Positions 44,696-55,318 of a stretch of DNA of 64,000 bases are shown here, in pieces. Origin of the DNA: Candidatus Bathyarchaeota archaeon (lineage in GTDB: Archaea > Thermoproteota > Bathyarchaeia > Bathyarchaeales > Bathycorpusculaceae). A program made the position numbers and the translations under genes. A model generated the notes under the pieces. The model had not been told where the DNA came from, ran no database searches, and worked only from the letters and a program-made list of their open reading frames with translations. Every line of letters starts with the position of its first letter. The stretch's first letter is position 1. Location: the NCBI GenBank assembly GCA_963806535.1, contig CAWDYC010000011.1:1-64000 (forward strand), in the 5' to 3' direction.

Positions 44696-45952
44696 ATGAG
44701 ACAACTAAAAAATCTAACATCTATAATGCTAATATGTTTAGCTTTTTCAATCATTAGTGGAACTTTAGTTTTGGTTCAAGGATGCGAATCCGCTTCAAAA
44801 CTGGTTTTCACAGCTGGAGCCGCCCAAGTTTTGCAGGTTGGCACTGTTTCAAATCAAATTACCGTTCAGTTGCAAGATGCTTCCAACTATTCGGTTAATG
44901 CCGCTTCAAATATTACCGTAAATTTAGTTACGAACGCATCTTCAAGCGGTCATTTCTATTCCGATAAGAATGGCCTAACTCAAATTTCACAAATAACCAT
45001 TAAACAGGGACAAAACTCCAGCAGCTTCTATTACCAAGACACAGCTGGGGGGCATCCAACTCTCATAGCATCCTCACAATCTTTAACCTCCGCAACAACC
45101 CAATTCACAATAAAATCTGCTGACCCATCTCCAAGTCCATCACCATCGCCTAGCCCCTCACCAAGTCCAACTCCAACAGCTACCTCTTCCCCATCACCAG
45201 ATCCAACTCCGTCAGCAACTTCCTCGCCTTCACCAAGCCCAACCGAATCACCAACTACTTCACCATCTCCAAGTCCAACTCCATCACCTTCGCCATCACC
45301 AAATCCAACTCAGTCGCCTACCACTGCTACTACTTCATCAACTTCAAATCAACCAACATTATCCTCGTACAAGATAACTGTCATAAGCGCTCATGGTTCA
45401 CCAACGGCTTCAGCAAATGTGAAAGCAGGTGACAGCTTCATAGTCCAAGTTTCAACTCCTGATGGCGACTCAACACACAGATGGGTATGCACTGGCTACA
45501 GCATTGACGGTGGAAAAACCGTTACCGGTGCAATTTACACATTCACAAATGTTCAAGCAGCTCACACAATAACTTTCAACTGGCAAGAACAGTATTACCT
45601 AACTGTAACTTCTGACTATGGAATTACGGGCGGAAGCGGATGGTACAATACAGGTTCAACCGCGCACTTCACTGTAACATCGCAAGATACGGCCAAGAAC
45701 GGCACTCAAGTCGCATTCGTTTCATGGAATGGAACGGGTGTAGGCGCATACACAGGCAAAGAAACTTTATCGTCCGTTACCATGAACAACCCAATTAAAG
45801 AAACAGCAAATTGGACAACCGCTTCTACAAGCCTATACACCGTAGCTGAAACAGCCTTGATTCTGTTTTGCTTGCTCCTCGTGATCACACTCTTGTTAGC
45901 AAAACGAAAACAGCGAAAAAAGAAACAAGCAGAAAACAAAGCTAAACTCTAA
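44696..45952 (+). CDS. Membrane-anchored surface protein with Ser/Pro/Thr linker
   Basis: Signal peptide, invasin-like domain, (SP)n linker, WY repeats, TM helix plus basic tail. Confidence 0.85.
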   Translation: MRQLKNLTSIMLICLAFSIISGTLVLVQGCESASKLVFTAGAAQVLQVGTVSNQITVQLQDASNYSVNAASNITVNLVTNASSSGHFYSDKNGLTQISQITIKQGQNSSSFYYQDTAGGHPTLIASSQSLTSATTQFTIKSADPSPSPSPSPSPSPSPTPTATSSPSPDPTPSATSSPSPSPTESPTTSPSPSPTPSPSPSPNPTQSPTTATTSSTSNQPTLSSYKITVISAHGSPTASANVKAGDSFIVQVSTPDGDSTHRWVCTGYSIDGGKTVTGAIYTFTNVQAAHTITFNWQEQYYLTVTSDYGITGGSGWYNTGSTAHFTVTSQDTAKNGTQVAFVSWNGTGVGAYTGKETLSSVTMNNPIKETANWTTASTSLYTVAETALILFCLLLVITLLLAKRKQRKKKQAENKAKL

Positions 45953-46051
45953 ACAAAACCCTAAAAAAGTAAAACCATTTCCTTTTTTATATTTTCCTTT
46001 CTCAAAACCACATTATAAACCTCTCAATTTAGAGCTTATATATAGATTGCA

Positions 46052-46849
46052 ATGAATATTATTAGAGGCTTATGTTTGGAGAATAGGAACCAAAGCTATT
46101 ATCGAAGATTTGCTAACATAGCCGCATTTATTGCTGTATTAATTGTTAATGGTTTAGCGGGAGCAACATCATTTATTGGTGGACGAAACACAGCTCAAGT
46201 CTCCAACTCGTTTCCAACGTTAATAACGCCGGCAGGTTATGTTTTTTCAATTTGGGGAATAATCTATTTCTTGCTTGGGGTTTTTGTTGTTTATCAAGCG
46301 TTACCAAGCCAAAAAGGCAAGATCTTTCAAAGTAAAATCGGCTGGCTTTTTGTGTTAAGCAGTTTAGCAAATATTGTTTGGCTTTTTCTTTGGCAATTTG
46401 AATTTTTGATTTTCTCTGTAGTGGTGATGTTTTTGCTTTTGGCCTCTTTGATTCTTATTTATATTAGATTGGGAATAGGAAGGAAAAATGCTCCTCCAAG
46501 AGAAAAACTAGCTGTTTATGTTCCATTTAGCGTTTATCTTGGGTGGATTACTATTGCCTCAATTGCCAACGTAGCGACAGCGCTTGTGTCGTTGAATTGG
46601 GGTGGCTTTGGATTAAGTGCGCAGATTTGGGCTGCATTAATCGTTATTCTTGTTCTAATTATTACGACTCTTGTCATTGCAACTCGAAAAGACATCGCTT
46701 ATACACTGGTTATTATATGGGCTTTGGTGGGGATTGGCTTCAACCACACTTCTAATCAAGCAGTATTTTTTCTAACTGAAATTGGTGCCTTAGCTGTTGC
46801 AGTTTTATTATTTGCTTGGATTTTAGCAGCTAAGCTAAGAAAAAAATAG
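46052..46849 (+). CDS. TspO-like tryptophan-rich multi-pass membrane protein
   Basis: TPAGYVFSIWGIIY, PFSVYLGWITIASIAN motifs. Confidence 0.8.
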   Translation: MNIIRGLCLENRNQSYYRRFANIAAFIAVLIVNGLAGATSFIGGRNTAQVSNSFPTLITPAGYVFSIWGIIYFLLGVFVVYQALPSQKGKIFQSKIGWLFVLSSLANIVWLFLWQFEFLIFSVVVMFLLLASLILIYIRLGIGRKNAPPREKLAVYVPFSVYLGWITIASIANVATALVSLNWGGFGLSAQIWAALIVILVLIITTLVIATRKDIAYTLVIIWALVGIGFNHTSNQAVFFLTEIGALAVAVLLFAWILAAKLRKK

Positions 46850-47034
46850 TTAAATTCATAGAAGACTCGTCGCTGCAAAACTCTCTTAGGTATTCCAATT
46901 AGTATTTTAACAAATGCTGTGTAGCTAAACAAATGCATAATTATAAACAAAAATGTCTTTCATTTATAAACAAAACTCGCTAACACAGCAAAATATTAAA
47001 ACAAATATCAACATATTAACAAAAGGTAATCATA

Positions 47035-47415
47035 ATGGATAAAGACGACGAAATACTTGAAGAACTGAGAAAAATTAGAATTTCACTTGAAAAAGCTCCG
47101 CCGCCCGAACCGCCAAAGGGCTTTGTAAACGAATTCAAAGATTTCTTGTCTAAGTATAAGATTCTTGGTTTAGCTGTTGCTTTTATCTTAGCTGTGTACG
47201 CGGGTCTCTTGATTCTTGCGGTTGTCAAAGACTTCATTATTCCACTTTTGGGCTTGGCGATTCCTGGCTTGTCAGACTTGGCTAGTTATTCAGTTGGAGT
47301 TATGAAGCAGAGTTTTGGTATCGGTGACTTCTTAGTAGCTTTAATTACCTTCATTATAGTTGCTTTGATAATATTTGTTATAGTGAAGGTAGCAAAAAAA
47401 TGGAAAATAGAGTAA
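47035..47415 (+). CDS. mscL: Large-conductance mechanosensitive channel family protein
   Basis: EFKDFLSKYKILGLAVAFIL..GDFLVALITFIIVALIIF. Confidence 0.85.
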   Translation: MDKDDEILEELRKIRISLEKAPPPEPPKGFVNEFKDFLSKYKILGLAVAFILAVYAGLLILAVVKDFIIPLLGLAIPGLSDLASYSVGVMKQSFGIGDFLVALITFIIVALIIFVIVKVAKKWKIE

Positions 47416-47555
47416 ACAAAAATTTCTATTTTCCCCTCTCTATTTTTTTTAAAATTTAATTACTTAATTCTTAACAAAATTTCATGTTCTTTTTTAACTG
47501 CTTAACTTTTATCGATGTATTTTTTCATGCCACTGGACGAGGCAAAAACGAAGTG

Positions 47556-47855
47556 CTAAATGCTGGAAATAATAAAGCGCCACAACAGGTAAACCAAATA
47601 TGTGACTGCTATAGCGGTTAAAGCCACTTCAGAATACAAAACAATTGGGTTTTTTTCTATGCCCAAAAAATATCCCTGCTCAAGTATTCCGCCAAGTACT
47701 GAACTCTGAAGAAACAAAGCAGCGCCCAAGACGCTGATACCCGCACAGTGAAAGATTAGACGAAACCTGAAATTATTTCTAGCTGCGAAGATATGTTTGG
47801 AAAATAAGCCAAATCGTGATGAAACTGAAAATAGACTACCGTTTCTCTTTCGCAA
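47556..47855 (-). CDS. Small 2-TM membrane protein (paralog of the next gene)
   Basis: FRLIFHCAG..ALFLQ..ILEQGYFLGIEKN..SEVALT. Confidence 0.65.
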   Translation of the reverse strand: MRKRNGSLFSVSSRFGLFSKHIFAARNNFRFRLIFHCAGISVLGAALFLQSSVLGGILEQGYFLGIEKNPIVLYSEVALTAIAVTYLVYLLWRFIISSI

Positions 47856-48026
47856 AAACTAAAGCCTCTCCACAGAAACAGAAAACCAATTCTCTTTTTA
47901 AGTTTTGCGATAGTCAAAATACCCTACATAGCAATCATCCAAGTATTGATAGCCGATCACACAAACCTGTTCAGCTATTTCTCAAAGAAGCTGGGCTTCT
48001 AACCAAAGACAAGTGAAAAAGGTCTT

Positions 48027-48290
48027 TCATTTGCTGCTATTGAAAACAAAACGTATGAACATGTATCCAAAGTATGCGATGGCGACGCCGGTTAAAGCAA
48101 TTTCTGAGTTGAGAATAATTTGGTTGTTCTCTATTCCTCTGAAGTAGCCGTTTTGAAGTATGCTTGTGAATACGGTTGTTTGTAAGAACAATGCGCTGCC
48201 TATACTGCTTAGACCTAAACCATGCATTATTAATCTTAGTTTTGGGTGCATGTTTGGCAGGGTTAGCGTCATGTTTACCACTAAAATCAA
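48027..48290 (-). CDS. Small 2-TM membrane protein
   Basis: LRLIMHGLG..ALFLQ..ILQNGYFRGIENN..SEIALT. Confidence 0.65.
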   Translation of the reverse strand: MILVVNMTLTLPNMHPKLRLIMHGLGLSSIGSALFLQTTVFTSILQNGYFRGIENNQIILNSEIALTGVAIAYFGYMFIRFVFNSSK

Positions 48291-48420
48291 CGTGTGTATT
48301 AAGTCTTAATAAATATTATGAATTACGATATACAGCTCTAATCTGTTCAACAACAAATCCTCTTAAACAACACAAACAATCGAGATTTAACTCCTTGTTG
48401 CCAACCTACTTAATCGGGAA

Positions 48421-49172
48421 CTATTTCCATTTCGTCAATATCTCTTCCCTTCGGAAAGTTGCTTTGCTTAAGAAGAAAAGTGCGACATCTGCAACTGCCA
48501 ATCCCACTGAAACACCAACTGCAAGTAAAGTTGAAAGCTGAGCACTCGTCGATGCAAAAATAACAATGAAAACCAATGGCAAAACCACCAAGCCTCCTAA
48601 CTGCTGCGCTGCACGGATGTCATTAACTTTTGAAGACACGATAATGTTGGCTTCTACACTCATTATGCATGATAAGGGCGCAATTACGCCGATGACTAAA
48701 ATCCAATACAGATTAGGTATCACCAGAATTCCTAGTGTTGTGTATGACCAATAATCTATAATTGGAGCAGATATCGCAGCACCTATGAAAGTTACTGCTA
48801 TGCAAGGGATGAACGCTGCTAAACTTTTGCCAAGCAGTAATTCGCCGTCAGTCGTAGGTGTTGCCAATAGAGGTTCGAGGCTTTTCTCTATTTTTTCCCC
48901 CACAAAACTGTAAGAAGCAATAATTGAAGGTAGAATTGATGCGATTAGCACAAAATACATTGTAGCGATATTTACCACTTGATTAGCGGCAACAAGAAGT
49001 TGAGCATGTGGAAGCTTTGCAATTTGCTGAGTTTAGAGGTAAATATGAAAATCACAGGCAAAACTACACCCATTATTATAGGTATGGCAACTAGGGAATA
49101 GAGCACGTACTTGTTTTTCTTGAAAACCGACAGGTCTTTTTGGGTTACTATCCACGATTTCCATAATCTCAT
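48421..49172 (-). CDS. ABC-2 type transporter permease; frameshifted
   Basis: SFVGEKIEKSLEPLLATP..LLGKSLA; N-terminus in ORF 48972..49172. Confidence 0.88.
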
Positions 49173-50098
49173 TTTGGGGAAGCCTCCCGTATCAACTTCA
49201 GATAAACGTCCTCAAGCGTTGAACGTAGCTCTGTAACGTATTGGATGTTGCCGCCTGCCTGCACGATGGCTTTTACAACAGCTGGATTATCCTGTTCAGG
49301 GCTATCAATGTCAAGAATTAACTTGTTATCGCTTGTTTTAACGTTCTTAACTTTGTCTAACTGCTTAACCGCAGCCAAAACCACATCTGTCACGGCTTCC
49401 AAATGAACTATAGTTTTTCGATTGTAGAGGCTGCGCTCCAAGTTTTTCGGTGAATCAACCGCGATCAGCTTGGTTTTTAAGATAGCGATTCGATCACAGA
49501 GCCGCTCTGCCTCATCCAAATTATGGGTATTAAGAAAAATGGTTGTTCTCTCTTTTTTAAGATCCAAAATGAAGTCTCTAACAGTCTTAGCGGCTTCAGG
49601 GTCCAGATTCGCGGTAGGTTCATCTAGAAACAGCACTTGGGGCTCATGAATCAATGCTCTTACGATCGCAATTTTCTGTTTTGTACCTTTGCTGAACGTG
49701 CCAACTGCATCTTCTCGGCGTTCCCAAATGCCCAGAAGCCTTAAAAGACGCTCGATATTTTCGCTTCGTTTCCCATCAGGTACCTCGTAGAGTTTTCCAT
49801 AAAAATCCAAATTTCTATAAGCACTTAAGCTGTCATATAACCCTACGTTTTCAGGTAGGAAACCGACGATTTTTCTGATTTCAAGACAGTCTGCTTCTTT
49901 GTCAACTGAAAATTCGCCGATTCGTGCTTGGCCACCGCTTTTTCCAATTAGGCAGCAGAGCATTCGAACAGTCGTGGTTTTGCCTGCCCCGTTGGGTCCA
50001 AGAAAACCGAAAACCTCTCCCTTTTCTACATGTAGTGTAACGTTGTCTACAGCTGTGAGGTTGCCGAATTTTCGACTTAAGTTTTCGGTGTCAATCAA
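49169..50098 (-). CDS. ABC transporter ATP-binding protein
   Basis: GPNGAGKTT, FSKGTKQK, FLDEPT. Confidence 0.95.
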   Translation of the reverse strand: MIDTENLSRKFGNLTAVDNVTLHVEKGEVFGFLGPNGAGKTTTVRMLCCLIGKSGGQARIGEFSVDKEADCLEIRKIVGFLPENVGLYDSLSAYRNLDFYGKLYEVPDGKRSENIERLLRLLGIWERREDAVGTFSKGTKQKIAIVRALIHEPQVLFLDEPTANLDPEAAKTVRDFILDLKKERTTIFLNTHNLDEAERLCDRIAILKTKLIAVDSPKNLERSLYNRKTIVHLEAVTDVVLAAVKQLDKVKNVKTSDNKLILDIDSPEQDNPAVVKAIVQAGGNIQYVTELRSTLEDVYLKLIREASPK

Positions 50099-50181
50099 GG
50101 TCTCGCTTTCTCACTTTGCTTAATTAATGGTAATCGGATATAAGCGTAAGTATTTAAGCTAGGTGAAACCGCTTTCACTCT

Positions 50182-50694
50182 ATGAAATTAGTAGAATTCC
50201 TCAACCAAGAAGGCACCGCTTTACTATCTGATCCGACAAACCAAGCAATCATAACGCACTTAGTGAATTCAGAATATTCAATATCAGAACTATCATCAAA
50301 GCTTAACGTACCAAACCTGAAACTTTGGAGAAGAATGCAAAAACTTGCCAAAGCTAGTTTAGTTGAAGTGACTAGAACTGAAAAAGTAGGCAACGTCGAA
50401 AAGAAACTGTATCGAGCGACGGCAACTTGGTTTGGCCCCAAACAATTCTTTAATTTCAAACCAAAAGATGCAAATCTTATTGAGGGCTTCGAAATTTACT
50501 CTGAAATTCAACGGGAAATATTGAATAAAATCTTAGCGTACAACGATGTCCCGAAAAATGCTGACCCAGTAGATTTTTCTCTTTACGCACATATGAACGC
50601 ATTTGCCTATGTATTGAGTGAACCTGAGGTTAAAACAAAAATTATTGAGCTTAAGCGGAGACTTGAAAAGTTTAAGGAAGAAAGTGGCACTTAG
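50182..50694 (+). CDS. ArsR-like HTH regulator, divergent from the ABC operon
   Basis: LLSDPTNQAII..SISELSSKL..KKLYRATA. Confidence 0.8.
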   Translation: MKLVEFLNQEGTALLSDPTNQAIITHLVNSEYSISELSSKLNVPNLKLWRRMQKLAKASLVEVTRTEKVGNVEKKLYRATATWFGPKQFFNFKPKDANLIEGFEIYSEIQREILNKILAYNDVPKNADPVDFSLYAHMNAFAYVLSEPEVKTKIIELKRRLEKFKEESGT

Positions 50695-50702
50695 AACGGT
50701 GA

Positions 50703-50975
50703 CTAGGCTTTTTCGTATTTTGATTCTTCTATGCGTTTTTTCTCCAGTTCTTCCTCGGTTAGTTGGGGCTGGGTGACCTGCTGCTGTTTTTCTTCTGGAG
50801 GCCAAGTGACTGGGTCTTTTGTTGATGAATAGATGTTAATCCAACTGTTTTTCTTGCATGAAGGACATTTGATATAGTGTAAGGGACCGACATGTGGCAT
50901 CAAAACTGCTCCACCTAATCCTTGTTCAAAGACAGCTTGACACTTTTTGCATTTTACCCTTGTCATATGAATCAA
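50703..50975 (-). CDS. Small Zn-ribbon protein
   Basis: CKKC..CPSC. Confidence 0.7.
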   Translation of the reverse strand: MIHMTRVKCKKCQAVFEQGLGGAVLMPHVGPLHYIKCPSCKKNSWINIYSSTKDPVTWPPEEKQQQVTQPQLTEEELEKKRIEESKYEKA

Positions 50976-51066
50976 CTTTAGCTCTTTTGTTGGTATTGGA
51001 TTAAAAGTTTGCTTACCGAAAACTGTTATTACATGTTACATATAGGTAATTGGCATCAAACAAGGG

Positions 51067-51432
51067 TTGAGTTGGATGTTTGAGCATCGCCATGAAAAAC
51101 TTTTACCTAGACATTTGTTCCTTAGGCGTTTAGCCAAATACGCGTTGATTTCACTTAGCATCATTATTGTTTCGCTTGTGTTCGGCATGATTGGTTACCA
51201 CGTGCTTGAAGGCTACTCATGGGTTGACTCTTTCTTGAACGCTGCCATGTTATTGGGTGGCATGGGTCCGGTCGGCATGCTGCAAACGGATGCGGGAAAA
51301 ATATTCGCAGGAATATACGCCCTATACTGTGGATTAGTCGTGTTGGTTGCAATTGCGATTTTTGCTGCTCCAATCTTCCATCGTTTTCTACATCATTTCC
51401 ATTTGGAAGGAGAGCACGGAAAAGATCAATAA
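51067..51432 (+). CDS. Small ion-channel-pore-like membrane protein
   Basis: TM - SWVDSFLNAAMLLGGMG - TM (GKIFAGIYAL). Confidence 0.8.
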   Translation: MSWMFEHRHEKLLPRHLFLRRLAKYALISLSIIIVSLVFGMIGYHVLEGYSWVDSFLNAAMLLGGMGPVGMLQTDAGKIFAGIYALYCGLVVLVAIAIFAAPIFHRFLHHFHLEGEHGKDQ

Positions 51433-51542
51433 TTGAAAAATGAAAGTAACCGGGCAGTTAAATTCAAAAAAAAGCCGCCATTCTCATGAATTACTTTTGA
51501 TTTTTGTTAATGTTTTTTAGAAGCGCTTGTTTGATTTGGGAT

Positions 51543-52782
51543 ATGAGTAATGCAATGATTTGGCGCAGGAACACACTTTCAAACGGTTTAACAGTGCTAC
51601 AATTTCCTAGGCAAGCTGCAAACACAACCCAATTGTCCGTCGCGGTTGAATATGGATCAAATCAAGAACCTGAAGAAATCGCTGGAGTCGCCCATTTCCT
51701 CGAGCATATGCTTGCTGGAGGCTCTGCAAAAAGGATACAATTATCACGGAGCATTGAGAATTCTGGCGGAATTTTAGATTTCTATACAGATCATGAGCAT
51801 ATGATGACTAGAATGGATATTTTACCTGGGAAATTAACCGAAGCTTCTTCTATTATTTCAGAATTGCTTTTTGATAATGATTTTGAGGAAGAAAAATTTA
51901 GGCAAGAACGCAAAATAATCCTCAACGAATTAGCCGAAGCCTTGGATGACCCAACAGAAAGAATTGAAGAATTGCTATTGAAGAATTTGTTTAAGAAACA
52001 CCCTGTGAATCGCCCAGTCGGAGGCTTTCCGAAAAACGTAAAACAATTAACTTTAGAAGAATTGAGTAACGCGCATAAAACCAATTATGTTCCTGCAAAA
52101 CATGATATTGATTTTGACGGGTAATTTCTCTGAGGAAACCACTGAGTTGGTTCTTAAAAACTTTAAGGACAGAAGTTTTGAAGCGTTGCCTCCGAAAAAG
52201 TTGTTTCCTGTTGAAACTGAAAAGCCTGCGCCTCTGGTTGTTGAGAAAAAAGCTGGAATAACTCAAGCCTACCTGAATATGGGTGCGCGAACAGTTTGTT
52301 CAACTCACCCTGATGCGCCTGTTCTGGATTTGATGAGTGCTTTGCTTAGCGGAGGAACCAATTCACGGTTATTTATAGAGCTGCGTGAGAAGAACGCGTT
52401 AACTTATGATGTGAATTCGGATCATAACAAGGGTTTAGATTTCGGTTTTTTCAACATTAACTGCGCCGTGAAGAAAAAGAATTTAGCGAAGGCTAAAGGA
52501 CTAATTCTTAAAGAATTAGCTAAGCTAAGAACTGAAAAGGTTCCTATCGATGAACTTGAAAGAACCAAGAATCTGATAGTGGGTGCTAGTCTTAGAGGTA
52601 TGGATGATCCTCAGGAATGCTCCGAGATTCTTGCTTACATGGAAATGCAATTTAGAAGTGAAAAAGCATTGGTTGACCACATCGCCAAAGTTAAGGCTGT
52701 TTCAAGCGAGGACATAATTGATGTTGCCAATACTTATCTTCAAGAGGATTGTTTATCAACAGTTCTTCTTAAGCCAAAATAA
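51543..52782 (+). CDS. M16 family zinc peptidase; frameshift near 52095
   Basis: GVAHFLEHML inverted Zn motif; SRLFIELREKNALTY. Confidence 0.9.
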
Positions 52783-52830
52783 TTTTTTGATGAAAATGCT
52801 AAGATTCTAAAAAATTATGTTAGTAGGTGC

Positions 52831-52950
52831 CGTTTGGCAGACATCCTTTTTGCCGATAGGATGCCCAGAAATACACATTTGGGAGCCTAAGCCCCATAGT
52901 GCAAATTAGGGACGGAGCCATATCATGGCAGCAGGTTTGCCTACCAAACG
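52831..52950 (+). ncRNA. Candidate structured RNA (closing stem plus four hairpins), family unknown
   Basis: Complementary pairs CGTTT/AAACG, GGCAGAC/GTTTGCC, CATCCT/AGGATG, CCCAGA/TTTGGG, CCTAA/TTAGG, GCCAT/ATGGC; GC-rich island in an AT-rich intergenic region. Confidence 0.4.
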
Positions 52951-53091
52951 ACTCGTTGTGTTCGTCGATAATATCCTACGCATTTAAGAGCAAATAAAAA
53001 TTTGTGGTTGTGCTTTCGCAATCACAAGAGATAATTTTCGGCACGCTTGAAAACTAAGAGCTAAATACATATTGATAGTAATTGATAAGTT

Positions 53092-53481
53092 TTGAGGCGG
53101 AAGAAGTTGGAATTAGAAGAAATGAAAAAGGAAATTGAAGCTCTCGTTATAGCTAAAGGATTCTACAATAAACCCGAAGATATTCCGAAAAAACTGCTTT
53201 TTGCCTTCATCGAACTTGGCGAAGCCAGCGATGCTTGGAAAAAAGGTTTGCCAGAAGAAAAAATAGCAGAAGAACTCATTGACGTCATCTTTTACATTCT
53301 GGATGCAAGCCGCTTAGCCTGCCCACATATGAACATGGATGAAGTATTCAAAAAGAAACTTGAAAAAAACCTTAACCGCCCTTTCCAGTACGGCGAAGGT
53401 CACCGCAATAACACAGCCTTAAGAAAACATCAAGTAACAGCGAAGTTTTTTATGGCACTTGTTTCAAGCATTACTTGTTGA
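53092..53481 (+). CDS. MazG-like nucleotide pyrophosphohydrolase
   Basis: IELGEASDAWKK..IAEELIDVIFY acidic motif; the ends may be affected by indels. Confidence 0.85.
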   Translation: MRRKKLELEEMKKEIEALVIAKGFYNKPEDIPKKLLFAFIELGEASDAWKKGLPEEKIAEELIDVIFYILDASRLACPHMNMDEVFKKKLEKNLNRPFQYGEGHRNNTALRKHQVTAKFFMALVSSITC

Positions 53482-53487
53482 ACAAAA

Positions 53488-53972
53488 GTGGATTTCACCT
53501 ATCCAGCTAACCTACGTTTCAGTTGTAATCAATGCGGCATTATGCTGCGGCGACACTGAACAAAAAACAAGACATATCCTTCTTTTAGAAGCCGAAGCAA
53601 AAATTATCGCTTCACAAACTTCTCTGGAAATAACTGATTTTTCAATTCAAATTGCCGACAAAGCTCCTTTTGGGTACGAGATGAAAAAGACAAATGAAGG
53701 CAAATGCGTTTTCCTAAAAGAAAACCAAGTGCACGATTTACCTGATTAGACCATTGATTTGCAGGTTTTATCCTTTTGAACTAAAATTTGATAAAGACAA
53801 ACACCTGCACGTTTTCGATTTTACGCTTGAATGTCCCGGAATAGGTCAAGGCAAAGAATTCAGCAAAATTGATTTTGAAAGATTATTTGATTTGGCACAA
53901 GAAAGGATTGCTTTAGAGTTGTTGGAGAACATCCAGCTGCTCCAAGGTTATGCCGCAGTAATGGCATTTTAG
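53488..53972 (+). CDS. YkgJ-family cysteine cluster protein; frameshifted
   Basis: Joined frames give FSCNQCG..CCGDT..GKCVFL..RPLICRFYPF..CPGIG. Confidence 0.8.
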
Positions 53973-54377
53973 TAACAATGGTTCTTCATTCTTGACGTAA
54001 AATTTTGAGGCGATGGGTTCGTCGCTGTTACTTATGCAGCATGGATTTACACATTTAATTATGCCTTCAATGGTTTTCGGAAGCTTAACCTCGAGCTTTT
54101 CTTCTACTTTGTAGTTGTGGATAATGTTAATTGATGCATGTGGCGCCACCAGGGCAATTCGGTTAACTTCCTGTGAGTTTAGGGCTCGACCTTCAATCTT
54201 TACGATGTCTTTTACTTTGAAACGTTTACTTGGAACATTAACGGCGATTGTCATGACGCGTTTTTCCTTTCCTGTTATCCCCAAGATTTTAATGACGTCC
54301 AACGCGTATCCGCCTCGTATGTGGTCAATAACTGTGCCGTCTTTGATTTTTGACACCCTGAGGTCCAATTCGCTCAT
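53913..54377 (-). CDS. pyrI: Aspartate carbamoyltransferase regulatory subunit
   Basis: VSKIKDGTVIDHI, KDIVKIE, CVNPCCIS, KCHYC. Confidence 0.97.
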   Translation of the reverse strand: MSELDLRVSKIKDGTVIDHIRGGYALDVIKILGITGKEKRVMTIAVNVPSKRFKVKDIVKIEGRALNSQEVNRIALVAPHASINIIHNYKVEEKLEVKLPKTIEGIIKCVNPCCISNSDEPIASKFYVKNEEPLLLKCHYCGITLEQLDVLQQL

Positions 54378-54450
54378 ATAAATTTCTTCCTGAACAAAGT
54401 TATTGCATGCGAAACAAATAAGATTTTACATTAAAAAATGGCTAAGATAT

Positions 54451-55167
54451 TTAGTGGGACCGTAAGTCAATGACTGTTGTACCTGCAAACTTGTCAAAGT
54501 ATCTCATGAAGGTTTTGTCTGGGATTCGCCAAATTCCAATGATTAGGTCAAAAGGAAGTAGAGGCAGAATTTTTCCAAAATTCCTAATTGCAGCATGGTC
54601 ATAACTCATTTTTTTGCCATCTGTTCTAACAACCTTAAGTCCTATGACGCGTTTGCCTATACTTTGACCATTAAATCCTTCCAGTAGAGTCGAGTAAAGC
54701 CAAAGGAGCCCTATAGTAGTGAAAAGTACTACGCTGATTCCTCCGTTTAGAATAGCAGTGCGCAATGAAAGGACTTGTGGCACAAAAACAATAGTCATAG
54801 TGATCGCTAGAATTATTGCAAAATCAATTAAGAACGCAGCTACCCTCTTTTTTAAGGAAGAAAGCGGAAGATGGCTTGCTTTTCTTTGCACGTCGGCAAC
54901 TTCAGCCCACCCTTCGATGTCATGAATGACTCTTATGGCGCTTTCACCTGCCCTGCTTAACTTGTATTTGCCCGAAGGGGTTTGTTCTATGAATACATCT
55001 AATGAGCGAAGGTGAAAACTTAACTTTCCAGTATCTACCTTTAGCAGGTTTAGCAGGTCAGTGAAAGTCGACTCGCCTTTTTCGCTGAGGCTGATTAGTA
55101 TTTCCCTTCGCAAAGGATGTGAAAGTATCGAAAGTATCTTGGAGATGTTTTCTTGATTTACTGACAT
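54451..55167 (-). CDS. wHTH-RDD fusion membrane protein
   Basis: LSHPLRREIL..TGKLSFHL N-domain; KRVAAFLID..GQSIGKRVIGLKVV..DKFAGTTV RDD domain. Confidence 0.85.
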   Translation of the reverse strand: MSVNQENISKILSILSHPLRREILISLSEKGESTFTDLLNLLKVDTGKLSFHLRSLDVFIEQTPSGKYKLSRAGESAIRVIHDIEGWAEVADVQRKASHLPLSSLKKRVAAFLIDFAIILAITMTIVFVPQVLSLRTAILNGGISVVLFTTIGLLWLYSTLLEGFNGQSIGKRVIGLKVVRTDGKKMSYDHAAIRNFGKILPLLPFDLIIGIWRIPDKTFMRYFDKFAGTTVIDLRSH

Positions 55168-55318
55168 ATTTCAAAACCAAACTTTTTGACAATGTTGTTT
55201 GCCGGTTTTGACTTCTAGCTCCTTAATCACCGAATACTCCAATATAAGTCCAACCTAAAAAACTCGCCTAGTTCAGGGGAACACAGTATTTATAGTGAAA
55301 AGACAACTATTATGTTGT

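Noticed and set aside
45121-45330. Ser/Pro/Thr repeats as DNA repeat elements (also 31090-31280 and 15100-15220)
   Set aside because: Codon-degenerate low-complexity linkers typical of glycosylated surface proteins.
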